The translations under genes and the position numbers were made by a program. From positions 1-42,069 of IMG/VR virus record IMGVR_UViG_3300032272_000032: DNA of 42,069 bases. One strand, given 5' to 3'. The DNA comes from a virus. Taxonomy: Duplodnaviria > Caudoviricetes. The stretch's first letter is position 1; every line of letters starts with the position of its first letter. The notes under the pieces are model-generated. The model saw nothing but the letters and a program-made list of their open reading frames with translations, searched no databases and had not been told where the DNA came from. Positions 1-8,100 of this stretch are shown piece after piece.

Positions 1-1
1 C

Positions 2-445
2 GACGATTTGCTTTGGACCGGAGTGTCAGCAGCAGACCCAGTCACCTACTATGTTCGAAACCTTACTGGTCGGAACACTTTGATGTCGGGCCTGTCAATC
101 TTTATGGCCGACGCAGTTACGGAAGCCACTGCTTTAGCGTACAACACTTTTCTGGCCGTACCGGCTTTGACGAACGGCTTCCTACTGACAAGACAGACTC
201 GCGGCGAGATAGTTACCTCAATCTCTCTCAGACAATTGTCTGACGTGATTCAGACATACGGCGAGTTCAGGATTGACACAGGCGGAGACGCAACAAACCG
301 TTGGCTCAAGATCGAGTTCACATTCGACCCTCCGGTTCGCCTGAATGAAGGTGACTTCATGTCTATGACAGTTCAGGACGACGTGTCCGGCTTGCTCATG
401 CTCCGTGGGTCTGTCCGAGCACTTATAGAAGTGCCAAATGAATAA
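2..445 (+). CDS. Hypothetical phage protein, probably 5'-truncated by the window edge
   Basis: Frame is open from position 2 to TAA at 443-445. Beta-rich sequence ending PVRLNEGDFMSMTVQDDVSGL; no function recognised. Confidence 0.7.
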   Translation, partial: DDLLWTGVSAADPVTYYVRNLTGRNTLMSGLSIFMADAVTEATALAYNTFLAVPALTNGFLLTRQTRGEIVTSISLRQLSDVIQTYGEFRIDTGGDATNRWLKIEFTFDPPVRLNEGDFMSMTVQDDVSGLLMLRGSVRALIEVPNE

Positions 446-451
446 TTCTAC

Positions 452-522
452 ACTGGTTTAGCTCAATGGCAGAGCCATGGTTTTGTAAACCATTGACCTC
501 AGTTCGATTCTGAGTTCCAGTG
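452..522 (+). tRNA. tRNA-Thr(UGU), CCA not encoded
   Basis: Cloverleaf read by eye. Acceptor ACTGGTT/TTCCAGT (two U-U mismatches); D arm GCTC-AATGGCA-GAGC; anticodon arm ATGGT-TTTGTAA-ACCAT (TGT at 484-486); T arm CTCAG-TTCGATT-CTGAG. Confidence 0.88.
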
Positions 523-603
523 CTCGACCGCAAGGTCCAATACTGCGAACGGATCGCAACACCTACATCATAACACACGAACACCAATTTGTCAAGGGAA
601 ACC

Positions 604-1443
604 ATGCCAGAAACAGCTAAGACGCCGGAAGTCACACCCGAGATGGGTGCCGCAGCCATGCAACTCATGACCGCCGTACGCAAGTCGGGAGCGCAAGTCC
701 TTCTTTGGGCCGTCCTCGCCGCAGCATCGGCTTCCCCAGTTGTCCTCCAACAAGTCAACGCAACGCGAGGCCCTGGCTCCGCGACCTACCTCGACCAAGC
801 TGACTTCCACGTCATCGGCCCCGACCGCGCCGAAGCGGGCACGCTCATCCGACTCTCAGTTTCCGATTACGAGCCGACCGACGTCTGCTGGTACACGGTC
901 GGCGACTCGCAGAAGTACGGTGTGAACGACGGCGAGATGGTGTTCTCAGAACCCAAAGTAGGACCGACCACGGTCACAGTTGCCATGATTCGACAGGGAA
1001 AGCTCTACCTCACTCAAAAGGAGGTCGAGATCGACCCCAGAGTGGCCCCAGAAGAGCCTGTAACGCCAGTTGTGCCTGAAGTAGTCCCAGAAGTAGTCCC
1101 AGAGCCAGAGCCTGTTGTAGAGCCTGTGAAGGCCCTTGACGCCGTCGCGAAGAAGATTCTCAAAATGGCGAAGGACGTCGATCTTGACACCGACACCGCC
1201 GCAGCCGTGGCCGTCAACTTGCGGGCAGCCGCAAACACGATGGAAGACAAGAACCCGCGAGCCTTGCTCATGGAAACTGTGCGACTCAACAAAGAGCTTG
1301 AGCTTCCCGGAGACGCGGAAGACGGGATCAAAATTCTTCTTCAGACAATGGCGGAGAATGGCGACTTGGCAAGCATGACACAGCACCTCGACGTTTGGGA
1401 GTCAATGGCTGCTGGGTTCGAGAAATACTCACAGGGCAATTAA
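604..1443 (+). CDS. Membrane-anchored/exported protein: hydrophobic N-terminal segment, beta domain, Pro/Glu/Val linker, helical C-terminus
   Basis: ATG at 604 after AAGGGA; hydrophobic VLLWAVLAAASASPVVL; linker PEEPVTPVVPEVVPEVVPEPEPVVEP; stop abuts the next ATG. Confidence 0.8.
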   Translation: MPETAKTPEVTPEMGAAAMQLMTAVRKSGAQVLLWAVLAAASASPVVLQQVNATRGPGSATYLDQADFHVIGPDRAEAGTLIRLSVSDYEPTDVCWYTVGDSQKYGVNDGEMVFSEPKVGPTTVTVAMIRQGKLYLTQKEVEIDPRVAPEEPVTPVVPEVVPEVVPEPEPVVEPVKALDAVAKKILKMAKDVDLDTDTAAAVAVNLRAAANTMEDKNPRALLMETVRLNKELELPGDAEDGIKILLQTMAENGDLASMTQHLDVWESMAAGFEKYSQGN

Positions 1444-2430
1444 ATGAAGACCCTCCTGAAATTCTTGGCGGCAGCAACCCTGTCGCTGAGCTTCATCATC
1501 GGTGCGAACGTTCAGATCCAGAACTATCAAGATGTTCAAGGTTTGTCCGCTCCGATTGACATGGGCTGGGTCGCGCCGGAAGAAGGTGGCTACGGTCAGA
1601 CCGAAGCTCGCGACGTTCCCTCGGGAGCCGGAGAGATTCGACTCTTGTACAAGGACTGGGAAAAGGCGACAGGCTACGTTTACATTCCTCGGCACCAAGT
1701 TGCCCCGGACTGTGTCGGCCAAAGTACGGCGGGCGGCCTCGACCTTAGAGTCGCGGTTCAATCGCTCGAAGGACCTTACCTCCCTCCGCAAATTGAAACA
1801 GACGCAAGTTCGATCTATGCTTTGAGTAGAATCGAGATTGGCAGCACCGTTTGGGCCGCAGGCAGCCAAGTCAGCTGGGCCATGCAGGCAATGAACGAAT
1901 ACGGGGCTCTTTACAAGAAGAATTACCTGTACGCGGGCTACGATCTGTCGAGTTATGACCCGAGTGTCAGTCGCTCATGGGGTCGCAGCGGGCTCCCAGA
2001 TATTCTGGAACCAATCGCTAAGATCACGCCCGTGGTCGATTACTACCAAGTCACGACTTACGAAGAAGTTCGAGACGCGATCTACAACGGCTACCCTGTC
2101 GTCGTCGGATCGAATGTGGGCTTCAGTCAACGAACCATTTTTACTTGGGGCCGCGTAAAGGCCACTCGCGATTCAGACGGGTTCCTTCGCCGACGAGGCG
2201 TTTGGAAGCACGCAATGCTCTTCGGAGGAGTTGACGACCGGTCACCTCGCCGAGGCGTATGCTGTATGAACTCCTGGGGACCATCTTGGGTCAGCGGACA
2301 GACGAAACTTGGGCAACCGCCTGGATCGTTCTGGATCGACACCCGGACTGTGACTCAAATGGTCCAACAGAACGACGCATTCGCGATTGTAAGAGTTAAT
2401 TCACCCCTGGACTACAGGCTGACACAATGA
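1444..2430 (+). CDS. Papain-like (C1 family) cysteine peptidase with N-terminal signal/anchor
   Basis: Catalytic motifs in papain order: Q...DCVG (Gln/Cys), WKHAMLFGG (His), MNSWG (Asn), later GSFWI. N-terminus MKTLLKFLAAATLSLSFIIGA is signal-like. Confidence 0.85.
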   Translation: MKTLLKFLAAATLSLSFIIGANVQIQNYQDVQGLSAPIDMGWVAPEEGGYGQTEARDVPSGAGEIRLLYKDWEKATGYVYIPRHQVAPDCVGQSTAGGLDLRVAVQSLEGPYLPPQIETDASSIYALSRIEIGSTVWAAGSQVSWAMQAMNEYGALYKKNYLYAGYDLSSYDPSVSRSWGRSGLPDILEPIAKITPVVDYYQVTTYEEVRDAIYNGYPVVVGSNVGFSQRTIFTWGRVKATRDSDGFLRRRGVWKHAMLFGGVDDRSPRRGVCCMNSWGPSWVSGQTKLGQPPGSFWIDTRTVTQMVQQNDAFAIVRVNSPLDYRLTQ

Positions 2431-2867
2431 AACGTTTGCTCGCCGCCCTTTGCATCACAGCTGCCTTGCTAACAGCTCCCGTTGTCTCCCAAGAGATTCG
2501 GGTGACCGAGTCGCCGTTGATCTACAATTTGTTTTCCAGCATCGTCAGGGAAGTCAAGGCCGCGAAGACGAACAAGCCAACTCGTTTGTTGGTGATCAGC
2601 GAACCGTCCTGGTGCCAACCGTGCCGCGAGCTTGACCCACACTTGGAGCAGCTCAAGAAAGAAGGCTACGACGTCCACGTTTACACGCTGGCCGAGTGGA
2701 AGAAAGCCAAGCCCAAGCCCGGCGATTTACCCAAAGAGGTGAAGAACGGCAAGTGTGGCGTCCCGACAGTCATGTATGTGGTCGTCAACGGGAACAAAGT
2801 CGTCCGAGACCATCAGGGCGGCAAGAAAGTCACTGCGAAATACATCAAGAGACATCTGACAAAATAA
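2427..2867 (+). CDS. Exported thioredoxin-like protein
   Basis: WCQPC active-site motif, GVPT cis-Pro loop, signal peptide MKRLLAALCITAALLTAPVVS; ATGA overlap with the peptidase. Confidence 0.85.
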   Translation: MKRLLAALCITAALLTAPVVSQEIRVTESPLIYNLFSSIVREVKAAKTNKPTRLLVISEPSWCQPCRELDPHLEQLKKEGYDVHVYTLAEWKKAKPKPGDLPKEVKNGKCGVPTVMYVVVNGNKVVRDHQGGKKVTAKYIKRHLTK

Positions 2868-2869
2868 CA

Positions 2870-2929
2870 ATCCAAGTCAGGTGCATCTCCAACCAACCCA
2901 TGATGGCACTCTGATACAGGATCTTTTTT
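2870..2929 (+). terminator. Possible terminator/attenuator (imperfect long hairpin plus U-tract)
   Basis: ATCC..TCAG.GTGC.ATC pairs with GAT.GCAC.CTGA..GGAT, followed by CTTTTTT. Confidence 0.35.
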
Positions 2930-2942
2930 ATTGAGGACCACC

Positions 2943-3359
2943 ATGAAAACTCGACCTTACGTTTCCTGCTTGTTTGCTCGGCTAGTTCGAAAAGAAGCTC
3001 TTTTCCGTTTCGAAAACAACCAGATCAACGAGACACAATACGACGACGTTTGCTCCAAGACTCGGACTCAAGTCGCCCTCGACGCTCTCTGTGACTACGC
3101 GGAAGCTGAAGGCATCGACATTTATGACATGGGACAATGGATGCGAACTCGTTCGTTCCAAAACATCGTAGACGTACTTGAGGCATACCCTGCCGTAGGC
3201 GGGATTCCCGAGTTGCACTACACCGTAGGAGTCCAGGGACGCAAAGCCCGCAGAGCACAAGGTTTGCCGTACAACGAGCAACCTGAGTTCCTGGAAGACA
3301 AAGAGAAGTACGAGAGGGGACCAGAAGAAGTCGAGGAAACACCCGACCACTGGAACTAG
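2943..3359 (+). CDS. Hypothetical protein in the position where a small terminase would be expected
   Basis: GAGGA SD before ATG 2943; directly upstream of TerL; no motif recognised. Confidence 0.7.
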   Translation: MKTRPYVSCLFARLVRKEALFRFENNQINETQYDDVCSKTRTQVALDALCDYAEAEGIDIYDMGQWMRTRSFQNIVDVLEAYPAVGGIPELHYTVGVQGRKARRAQGLPYNEQPEFLEDKEKYERGPEEVEETPDHWN

Positions 3360-3373
3360 CGTACTACACGCCC

Positions 3374-3416
3374 GCTGAACCTAAGCAGCTTTTCTTAGGG
3401 TTACCTCGGAAAGAGG
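3374..3416 (+). promoter_or_regulatory. H-type pseudoknot plus SD-containing hairpin, copy 1 (terminase leader)
   Basis: S1 GCTG/CAGC, S2 CCTAAG/CTTAGG, then CCTC-GGAAA-GAGG; a related copy lies at 8048-8091. Confidence 0.6.
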
Positions 3417-3425
3417 GCAGTTATT

Positions 3426-5141
3426 ATGAAGCAAGATCTCCTTGCACAGTTCCGTCAGGGACTAGTTGACAAATCACTCAAGTGGCCATCGCGCTGGGCA
3501 ACCAAGAAAGTTTGGATGCCGTCACCGTTTGAAGGTTTACTGGACTTCGGACCATTTCCATGGCTCGAAGAAATCGTTAACGTCATGGAAGGCCAAGTAT
3601 CGGTCATGAAGGGCTCCCAGTTGGGTTGCTCAGTGGTCGCCATGGTCAAATCGCTGTTCACCGCCATTGAGATGCGGGATGAAGCGATGATTGTACAACC
3701 CACGGCTCAAGCAGCCGGACTTTTTGCTCAGTCTCGACTGGACGCTATCATCGCGACCAGCCCGGCACTTCGAGATGCGTTCCCAAAGAACGACTCGGTG
3801 TCCTTGAAGACGACCAAATTTCACTCACACATTTTCATGCGAGGTTCCATCTCGGAAGCTGGCTTGACGTCGCAACCCGTATCGGTTGCGATCATCGACG
3901 AATTTGACCGTTGTAACATCAACTGTCTCGCGTTGATCAAAAAACGTATGTCGGCCCGGAGCTTGGCTCAGCGTCACGTGTTCGTACTGAGCACGCCGAT
4001 CCTGCCAGAGATGGGAATCGACCAACAATTCAGAGAAGGCACCCAAGAACGCTTCGTTTTTGATTGCCCAGGCTGCTCGCGAGGAATCACCTTGGAGTGG
4101 CCAGAGTCTGTCGAGATCATTGGAGCCTCGCCCGACGACCCCCGATGTGCCGAATCGTATTTCAAGTGTCAGCACTGTGGACACAAGCTTGACATCGACG
4201 AGCGGGCACTCGATCCAAAATACAAGAATGAGTTCTTGATGAAGCCATGGCTTAGCACCGCACGGTGGGAAGCCAACGCCGAAGCTCAGTATCACCGTTC
4301 GTTTTACATCCCTCAGATGTACGGACCAAAGATCACAGCTGGCGAAATGGTCGTCGAGAGCATCAAGGCTGAAGCGAACGAAGCCGAGAAGGTTCAGTTC
4401 GTCAACCAGAGCCTTGGACTTCCGTACGTCATGGAAGGTGCGAAGCTTAGCAACGAGATTATCAATCGTTGCATCGGCGACCACCATCTGACTGACGACC
4501 CACCTGTCGAAGGTGGTCGGATGATCGTAATGGGAATCGACGTTGGTACGATGCTTGACTGCGTGGTGACCGAGTACATCTATACTCGCGACCCTGGCTT
4601 CGAGCCTCACCTAGCTTCGGTCGCCAAGGTTCTTCAAGTCCGAAGGATTCCTGGAGGCGATTGGGGCCAACTGGGCAACTTGATGCGAGACTACTCGATT
4701 GAGCACGCCGTGATCGACTTCCAACCTGAAACAACGATGGCGAGAGCTTTTGCAAACGAGTTCTACGGCGGAGTCAGCCTTTGTCAGTACCGAAAGGGAA
4801 CACAACAGCTGGACATCAACTGCAAAGTCGGAGACGACAAGGTTTCCTTGCTGACTGTGGATCGCACCTCTTTCCTAGATATGGCTCTTGGAAGATTCCA
4901 CAAGCAGCAAGTGATCATCCCAGTTGACACTGGTTACGTCTTCAAGGAGCACTTGTGCAACTTGACTCGAACTTACGAGTACGACGAGAACAACCGACCA
5001 AAAGCTAAGTACGTCACGCCACCCAATAAGGCTGATCACTTGGCTCATGCTTACACACTTGGCGAAGTAGCTCACATGAGAGCTTACGCGAAACGATCCG
5101 GTCGTTCAATCGGCAACGACGATTCAATTCGAGACTTTTAA
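3426..5141 (+). CDS. terL: Terminase large subunit, lambda GpA family
   Basis: Walker A VMKGSQLGCS, Walker B AIIDEFD, STP coupling motif, Zn motifs CPGC/CQHC, nuclease MGIDVG, C-terminal DHLAHA. Confidence 0.93.
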   Translation: MKQDLLAQFRQGLVDKSLKWPSRWATKKVWMPSPFEGLLDFGPFPWLEEIVNVMEGQVSVMKGSQLGCSVVAMVKSLFTAIEMRDEAMIVQPTAQAAGLFAQSRLDAIIATSPALRDAFPKNDSVSLKTTKFHSHIFMRGSISEAGLTSQPVSVAIIDEFDRCNINCLALIKKRMSARSLAQRHVFVLSTPILPEMGIDQQFREGTQERFVFDCPGCSRGITLEWPESVEIIGASPDDPRCAESYFKCQHCGHKLDIDERALDPKYKNEFLMKPWLSTARWEANAEAQYHRSFYIPQMYGPKITAGEMVVESIKAEANEAEKVQFVNQSLGLPYVMEGAKLSNEIINRCIGDHHLTDDPPVEGGRMIVMGIDVGTMLDCVVTEYIYTRDPGFEPHLASVAKVLQVRRIPGGDWGQLGNLMRDYSIEHAVIDFQPETTMARAFANEFYGGVSLCQYRKGTQQLDINCKVGDDKVSLLTVDRTSFLDMALGRFHKQQVIIPVDTGYVFKEHLCNLTRTYEYDENNRPKAKYVTPPNKADHLAHAYTLGEVAHMRAYAKRSGRSIGNDDSIRDF

Positions 5142-5150
5142 GGAGCAGAC

Positions 5151-5720
5151 ATGGCGAAGAAACAAAACGGTAACCAACGAGAAGAGTTGAAGGCCGCAAT
5201 CGACCCTCGCAAGCTCGTCGAGACCGTATTAGATGTAGACTCGGAGGCCGACAATGCCCCCGAAACACCTATCGACTCAACAGACGGAAACTTTGACACC
5301 GACTCGTCACTCGGACGATTCGCGCCGGAGTTTGCACAATCAGTCGGCGTACCAGCGGACTCAGCCCAATCCGTTATCAAGGATGTCTCTTACAAAGGCG
5401 ATCCGGTTGTATCTGATTCTGGCACCACGTTTACGCCAGAAGTGATCAGCAAGCCCGAAGCGGAGATGCTCGCACGCAAGTTCACCAACCTGAAGAAGGA
5501 AGCGACCCTTCCTTTGGACGAGACCGTGGCGGAAGTCAAGACTCGAAACGAGCTGCTCCAAACCGAGCGAGCAAAGCGAAGCCAACAGTCTTCGCGGGTC
5601 ATCATGGAACTTCGAAACACTGATCCCGTAGGAGTGAAAACATGTGGCCGATGCTCTCAGCGAGTATTGATCACTGAGATGGACTCAACCAAGGAACTCT
5701 GCGAAGTCTGCGCATCGTAA
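5151..5720 (+). CDS. Hypothetical protein, acidic N-terminus, C-terminal Zn-ribbon-like
   Basis: AAGGAG SD; C-terminal CGRC...CEVC; lies between terL and portal. Confidence 0.75.
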   Translation: MAKKQNGNQREELKAAIDPRKLVETVLDVDSEADNAPETPIDSTDGNFDTDSSLGRFAPEFAQSVGVPADSAQSVIKDVSYKGDPVVSDSGTTFTPEVISKPEAEMLARKFTNLKKEATLPLDETVAEVKTRNELLQTERAKRSQQSSRVIMELRNTDPVGVKTCGRCSQRVLITEMDSTKELCEVCAS

Positions 5721-7514
5721 ATGGCACATAACCTATCACTATCGTCACTGAGCCATCCGGACTTCACCGCCGACGTTGATCGTTGGTATGAGTACCGCCT
5801 GACCTTCGAGGGTGGTGATGAGTTCATGCGGCAGTATCTTCTGGACATTCCAGACGAAACTCCGAAGCAACTTGCTTTGAGAAAACTGAACACCCCAATC
5901 CCAGCTGTCGCTAAAGACGCTGTGAAGGACGTTCGGCGATCTATCACTCAGCGAATGGAAGACGTTGTCCGTTCCGGCGGATCAGCTCACTATCAAGCAG
6001 CCGTCGCCGGAGAAGGGACAGGGGTTGACCGCGAAGGTCAGTCGATGAACCTTTTCGTTGGGACGGATGTTCTGACTGAACTTTTGGTCATGGGACGAGT
6101 CGGGGTCTTCGTTGACAACGCTCCTCCTCAAGGCCCAACAATGGCTGACGGAGAGTCGCGACCATACGCTTATGCGTACAAGGTCGAGGACATCGTCAAC
6201 TGGAGTATGAGACGCCCAGAAGAAGAGGGAACGTTCTCCATGGTCATGCTACGTGACCACAAGGTGGACTTCACTCAAGCTTTTGGACTGAACTTCCCAA
6301 CGAACGCCACCGAGCGGTTCCGACTATGTTGGATCGGCGACGACGGCTTCATGAGATACAAGTTTCTCGACAAAAACCTCAGCCAGATGCCTGCGGAAGT
6401 AGTAGGCAGCGAGCAGAAGATCGAGGACGACGGATCGACTGTTATCACGGCTTTGAGAGAAATCCCTTTCATTATGCCGGCACTTGACCAGTCGCTCCTA
6501 GCAGACACCGCTGGCTACCAGCGAGCCCTGATGAACATCGCCTCCAACGAAGTCATGTTCGCGATCAACGCCAACAACCCAATGTTGCTGATCCAAAAGG
6601 ACACTCGCGCGGACGCACAACAGTGGAAGAAGCCTCCTGGAGGAAATGGTGAGCCCGGCGGCCAACGGTCGCGGGACGCATCAGTCCGAACAGGTATTCG
6701 AAGCGGTTGGGTCACAGGAAGGTTCTTTGGACCGGACGAAGTGGCTCCGACTTGGCTGAGTATGCCTGTCGATTCCCTCAAGGGGTCCTCAGAGTACCGT
6801 GAGAAGCTTGCTGACGAGATTCGACAGCTGATCAACGTTGCCGTTCAGAACCAAACAGGGACACGCTCAGAGAGCCGTGAGACCCGTGAAATCAGTGCTC
6901 AAGGTCTTGAGTCCGGATTGCACTTCATTGCGATGAAGCTGCAGAACCTGGAAACTCAGATCGGCAAGTACATGACCATGTACGAGAAGGGGACCAAGTT
7001 CCCGGTCATCACCTATCCAAAGCGATACAACCTACTGTCTGATGAGCAGAGAATTATCAACGCTAAGGCTTTCATTGAGGTCACCAACCAACTTCCAGGT
7101 CAACCTGTGAAGAAAGAAGGGGCCAAGAAGGTCATTCGTGACTTGTTCACGGGTAAAGTCTCGTCTAACAAGATGACCGAGATGACCTCAGCAGTTGAAA
7201 AGCATCCGTTCATCGGCGACTTCGACAACATCATGGCGATGAAAGAAGGGGCTCTGATCTCTGACGAGACAGCAGCCGGTTCCCAAGACTTGCCTAAGAA
7301 GGAAGTCGAGCAAGGTCGCAAGGACCGAGCGGAGCAGATCAAAGTTACAATGGAAGCTCAAACTCCACCGGGCGAAACTCCCGGAGCGTCACCGGATCGT
7401 CCGGCGGCACGGGGAGCACCGGAGCTTGACGCCGACAAGTCGTCAGGTAAAACGGAGCGAGCGGAAGACACGCAAAAGCGTGGAGAACAAAAAGCAAAGA
7501 AAGACGGTGAATAA
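5721..7514 (+). CDS. Portal protein
   Basis: 597 aa after TerL. HP-x-F...YL...PDET N-terminus, VD-x-EG and GRVGVFVD motifs, IVNW, EIPF, charged C-terminal tail; resembles DUF4055-type portals. Confidence 0.85.
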   Translation: MAHNLSLSSLSHPDFTADVDRWYEYRLTFEGGDEFMRQYLLDIPDETPKQLALRKLNTPIPAVAKDAVKDVRRSITQRMEDVVRSGGSAHYQAAVAGEGTGVDREGQSMNLFVGTDVLTELLVMGRVGVFVDNAPPQGPTMADGESRPYAYAYKVEDIVNWSMRRPEEEGTFSMVMLRDHKVDFTQAFGLNFPTNATERFRLCWIGDDGFMRYKFLDKNLSQMPAEVVGSEQKIEDDGSTVITALREIPFIMPALDQSLLADTAGYQRALMNIASNEVMFAINANNPMLLIQKDTRADAQQWKKPPGGNGEPGGQRSRDASVRTGIRSGWVTGRFFGPDEVAPTWLSMPVDSLKGSSEYREKLADEIRQLINVAVQNQTGTRSESRETREISAQGLESGLHFIAMKLQNLETQIGKYMTMYEKGTKFPVITYPKRYNLLSDEQRIINAKAFIEVTNQLPGQPVKKEGAKKVIRDLFTGKVSSNKMTEMTSAVEKHPFIGDFDNIMAMKEGALISDETAAGSQDLPKKEVEQGRKDRAEQIKVTMEAQTPPGETPGASPDRPAARGAPELDADKSSGKTERAEDTQKRGEQKAKKDGE

Positions 7515-8026
7515 TGGCAACATGGCTAGGCTATGGCTCGCTTGTTGAAGCCAACAACTACTTTGCTAATCGACTCCACACATTCGCGTGGGACCGAGGC
7601 TCAGCTGAAGATCGAACAAAAGCATGTAACCAAGCCTTCGAAGGCATGAACATGTTCAACTACATCGACGAGAAGTATCCAGTGCAACAGGCCCTGAATG
7701 CTGACGCCGATGCCACCGAGGCGACATTGATGGCCGCGTACTTGACGCAAGCCGGAGAGTTCCCTCGCGGAGATTCACTTGTTGTTCCAAATGAAGTCAT
7801 TTGGGCACAGTACCTTTGGGCTTACGCCCTACTCGACGGACGAGTTCCCGAAGAAGACTTCGAGCAACTGGTCGTCACGAGCCAAGCTTACGGCGGCGTT
7901 CGCCAAGCTTACAACCGACAGATCGCAATGGATCACATTGCACTCCTGATTCCGAGCCCGCAAGCTTTCAACTACTTGCGACCGTGGTTCCGTGATGACT
8001 GGGGCTTCTGTCTCATCAGAGTTTAA
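7514..8026 (+). CDS. Head-tail adaptor / DnaT-like-domain protein
   Basis: YGSLVEANNYFANR...W...Q-x-x-EFPR...VP-x-EV-x-x-AQ pattern typical of this phage family. Confidence 0.7.
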   Translation: MATWLGYGSLVEANNYFANRLHTFAWDRGSAEDRTKACNQAFEGMNMFNYIDEKYPVQQALNADADATEATLMAAYLTQAGEFPRGDSLVVPNEVIWAQYLWAYALLDGRVPEEDFEQLVVTSQAYGGVRQAYNRQIAMDHIALLIPSPQAFNYLRPWFRDDWGFCLIRV

Positions 8027-8047
8027 CCACGCATTCCGCGTGACCAT

Positions 8048-8091
8048 GCTGAACCCAGGCAGCTTTCATCTGGGGCTTACCTTACACAAGG
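8048..8091 (+). promoter_or_regulatory. H-type pseudoknot plus SD-containing hairpin, copy 2 (scaffold leader)
   Basis: S1 GCTG/CAGC, S2 CCCAGG/TCTGGG, then CCTT-ACAC-AAGG overlapping the SD AAGGGG. Confidence 0.6.
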
Positions 8092-8100
8092 GGAATGTCC

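Noticed and set aside
452-522. tRNA as an attachment site or prophage boundary
   Set aside because: No integrase or duplicated tRNA 3' end is seen, and both flanks look like phage genes.
1050-1125. Short tandem repeats (GAAGTAGTCCCA x2; also 8161-8214) as a CRISPR-like or regulatory array
   Set aside because: In-frame, low-complexity linker coding with no spacers.
3374-3416. SAM-II or preQ1 riboswitch identity for the repeated pseudoknot
   Set aside because: Topology is similar, but the U-rich loop 1 and A-rich 3' tail of those aptamers are absent and the downstream genes are not metabolic.
3825-4610. Long antisense ORFs (e.g. 3825-4610, 9951-10619, 17647-18189, 21503-22087, 35126-35581)
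   Set aside because: They mirror well-supported genes and are explained by codon bias on the coding strand.
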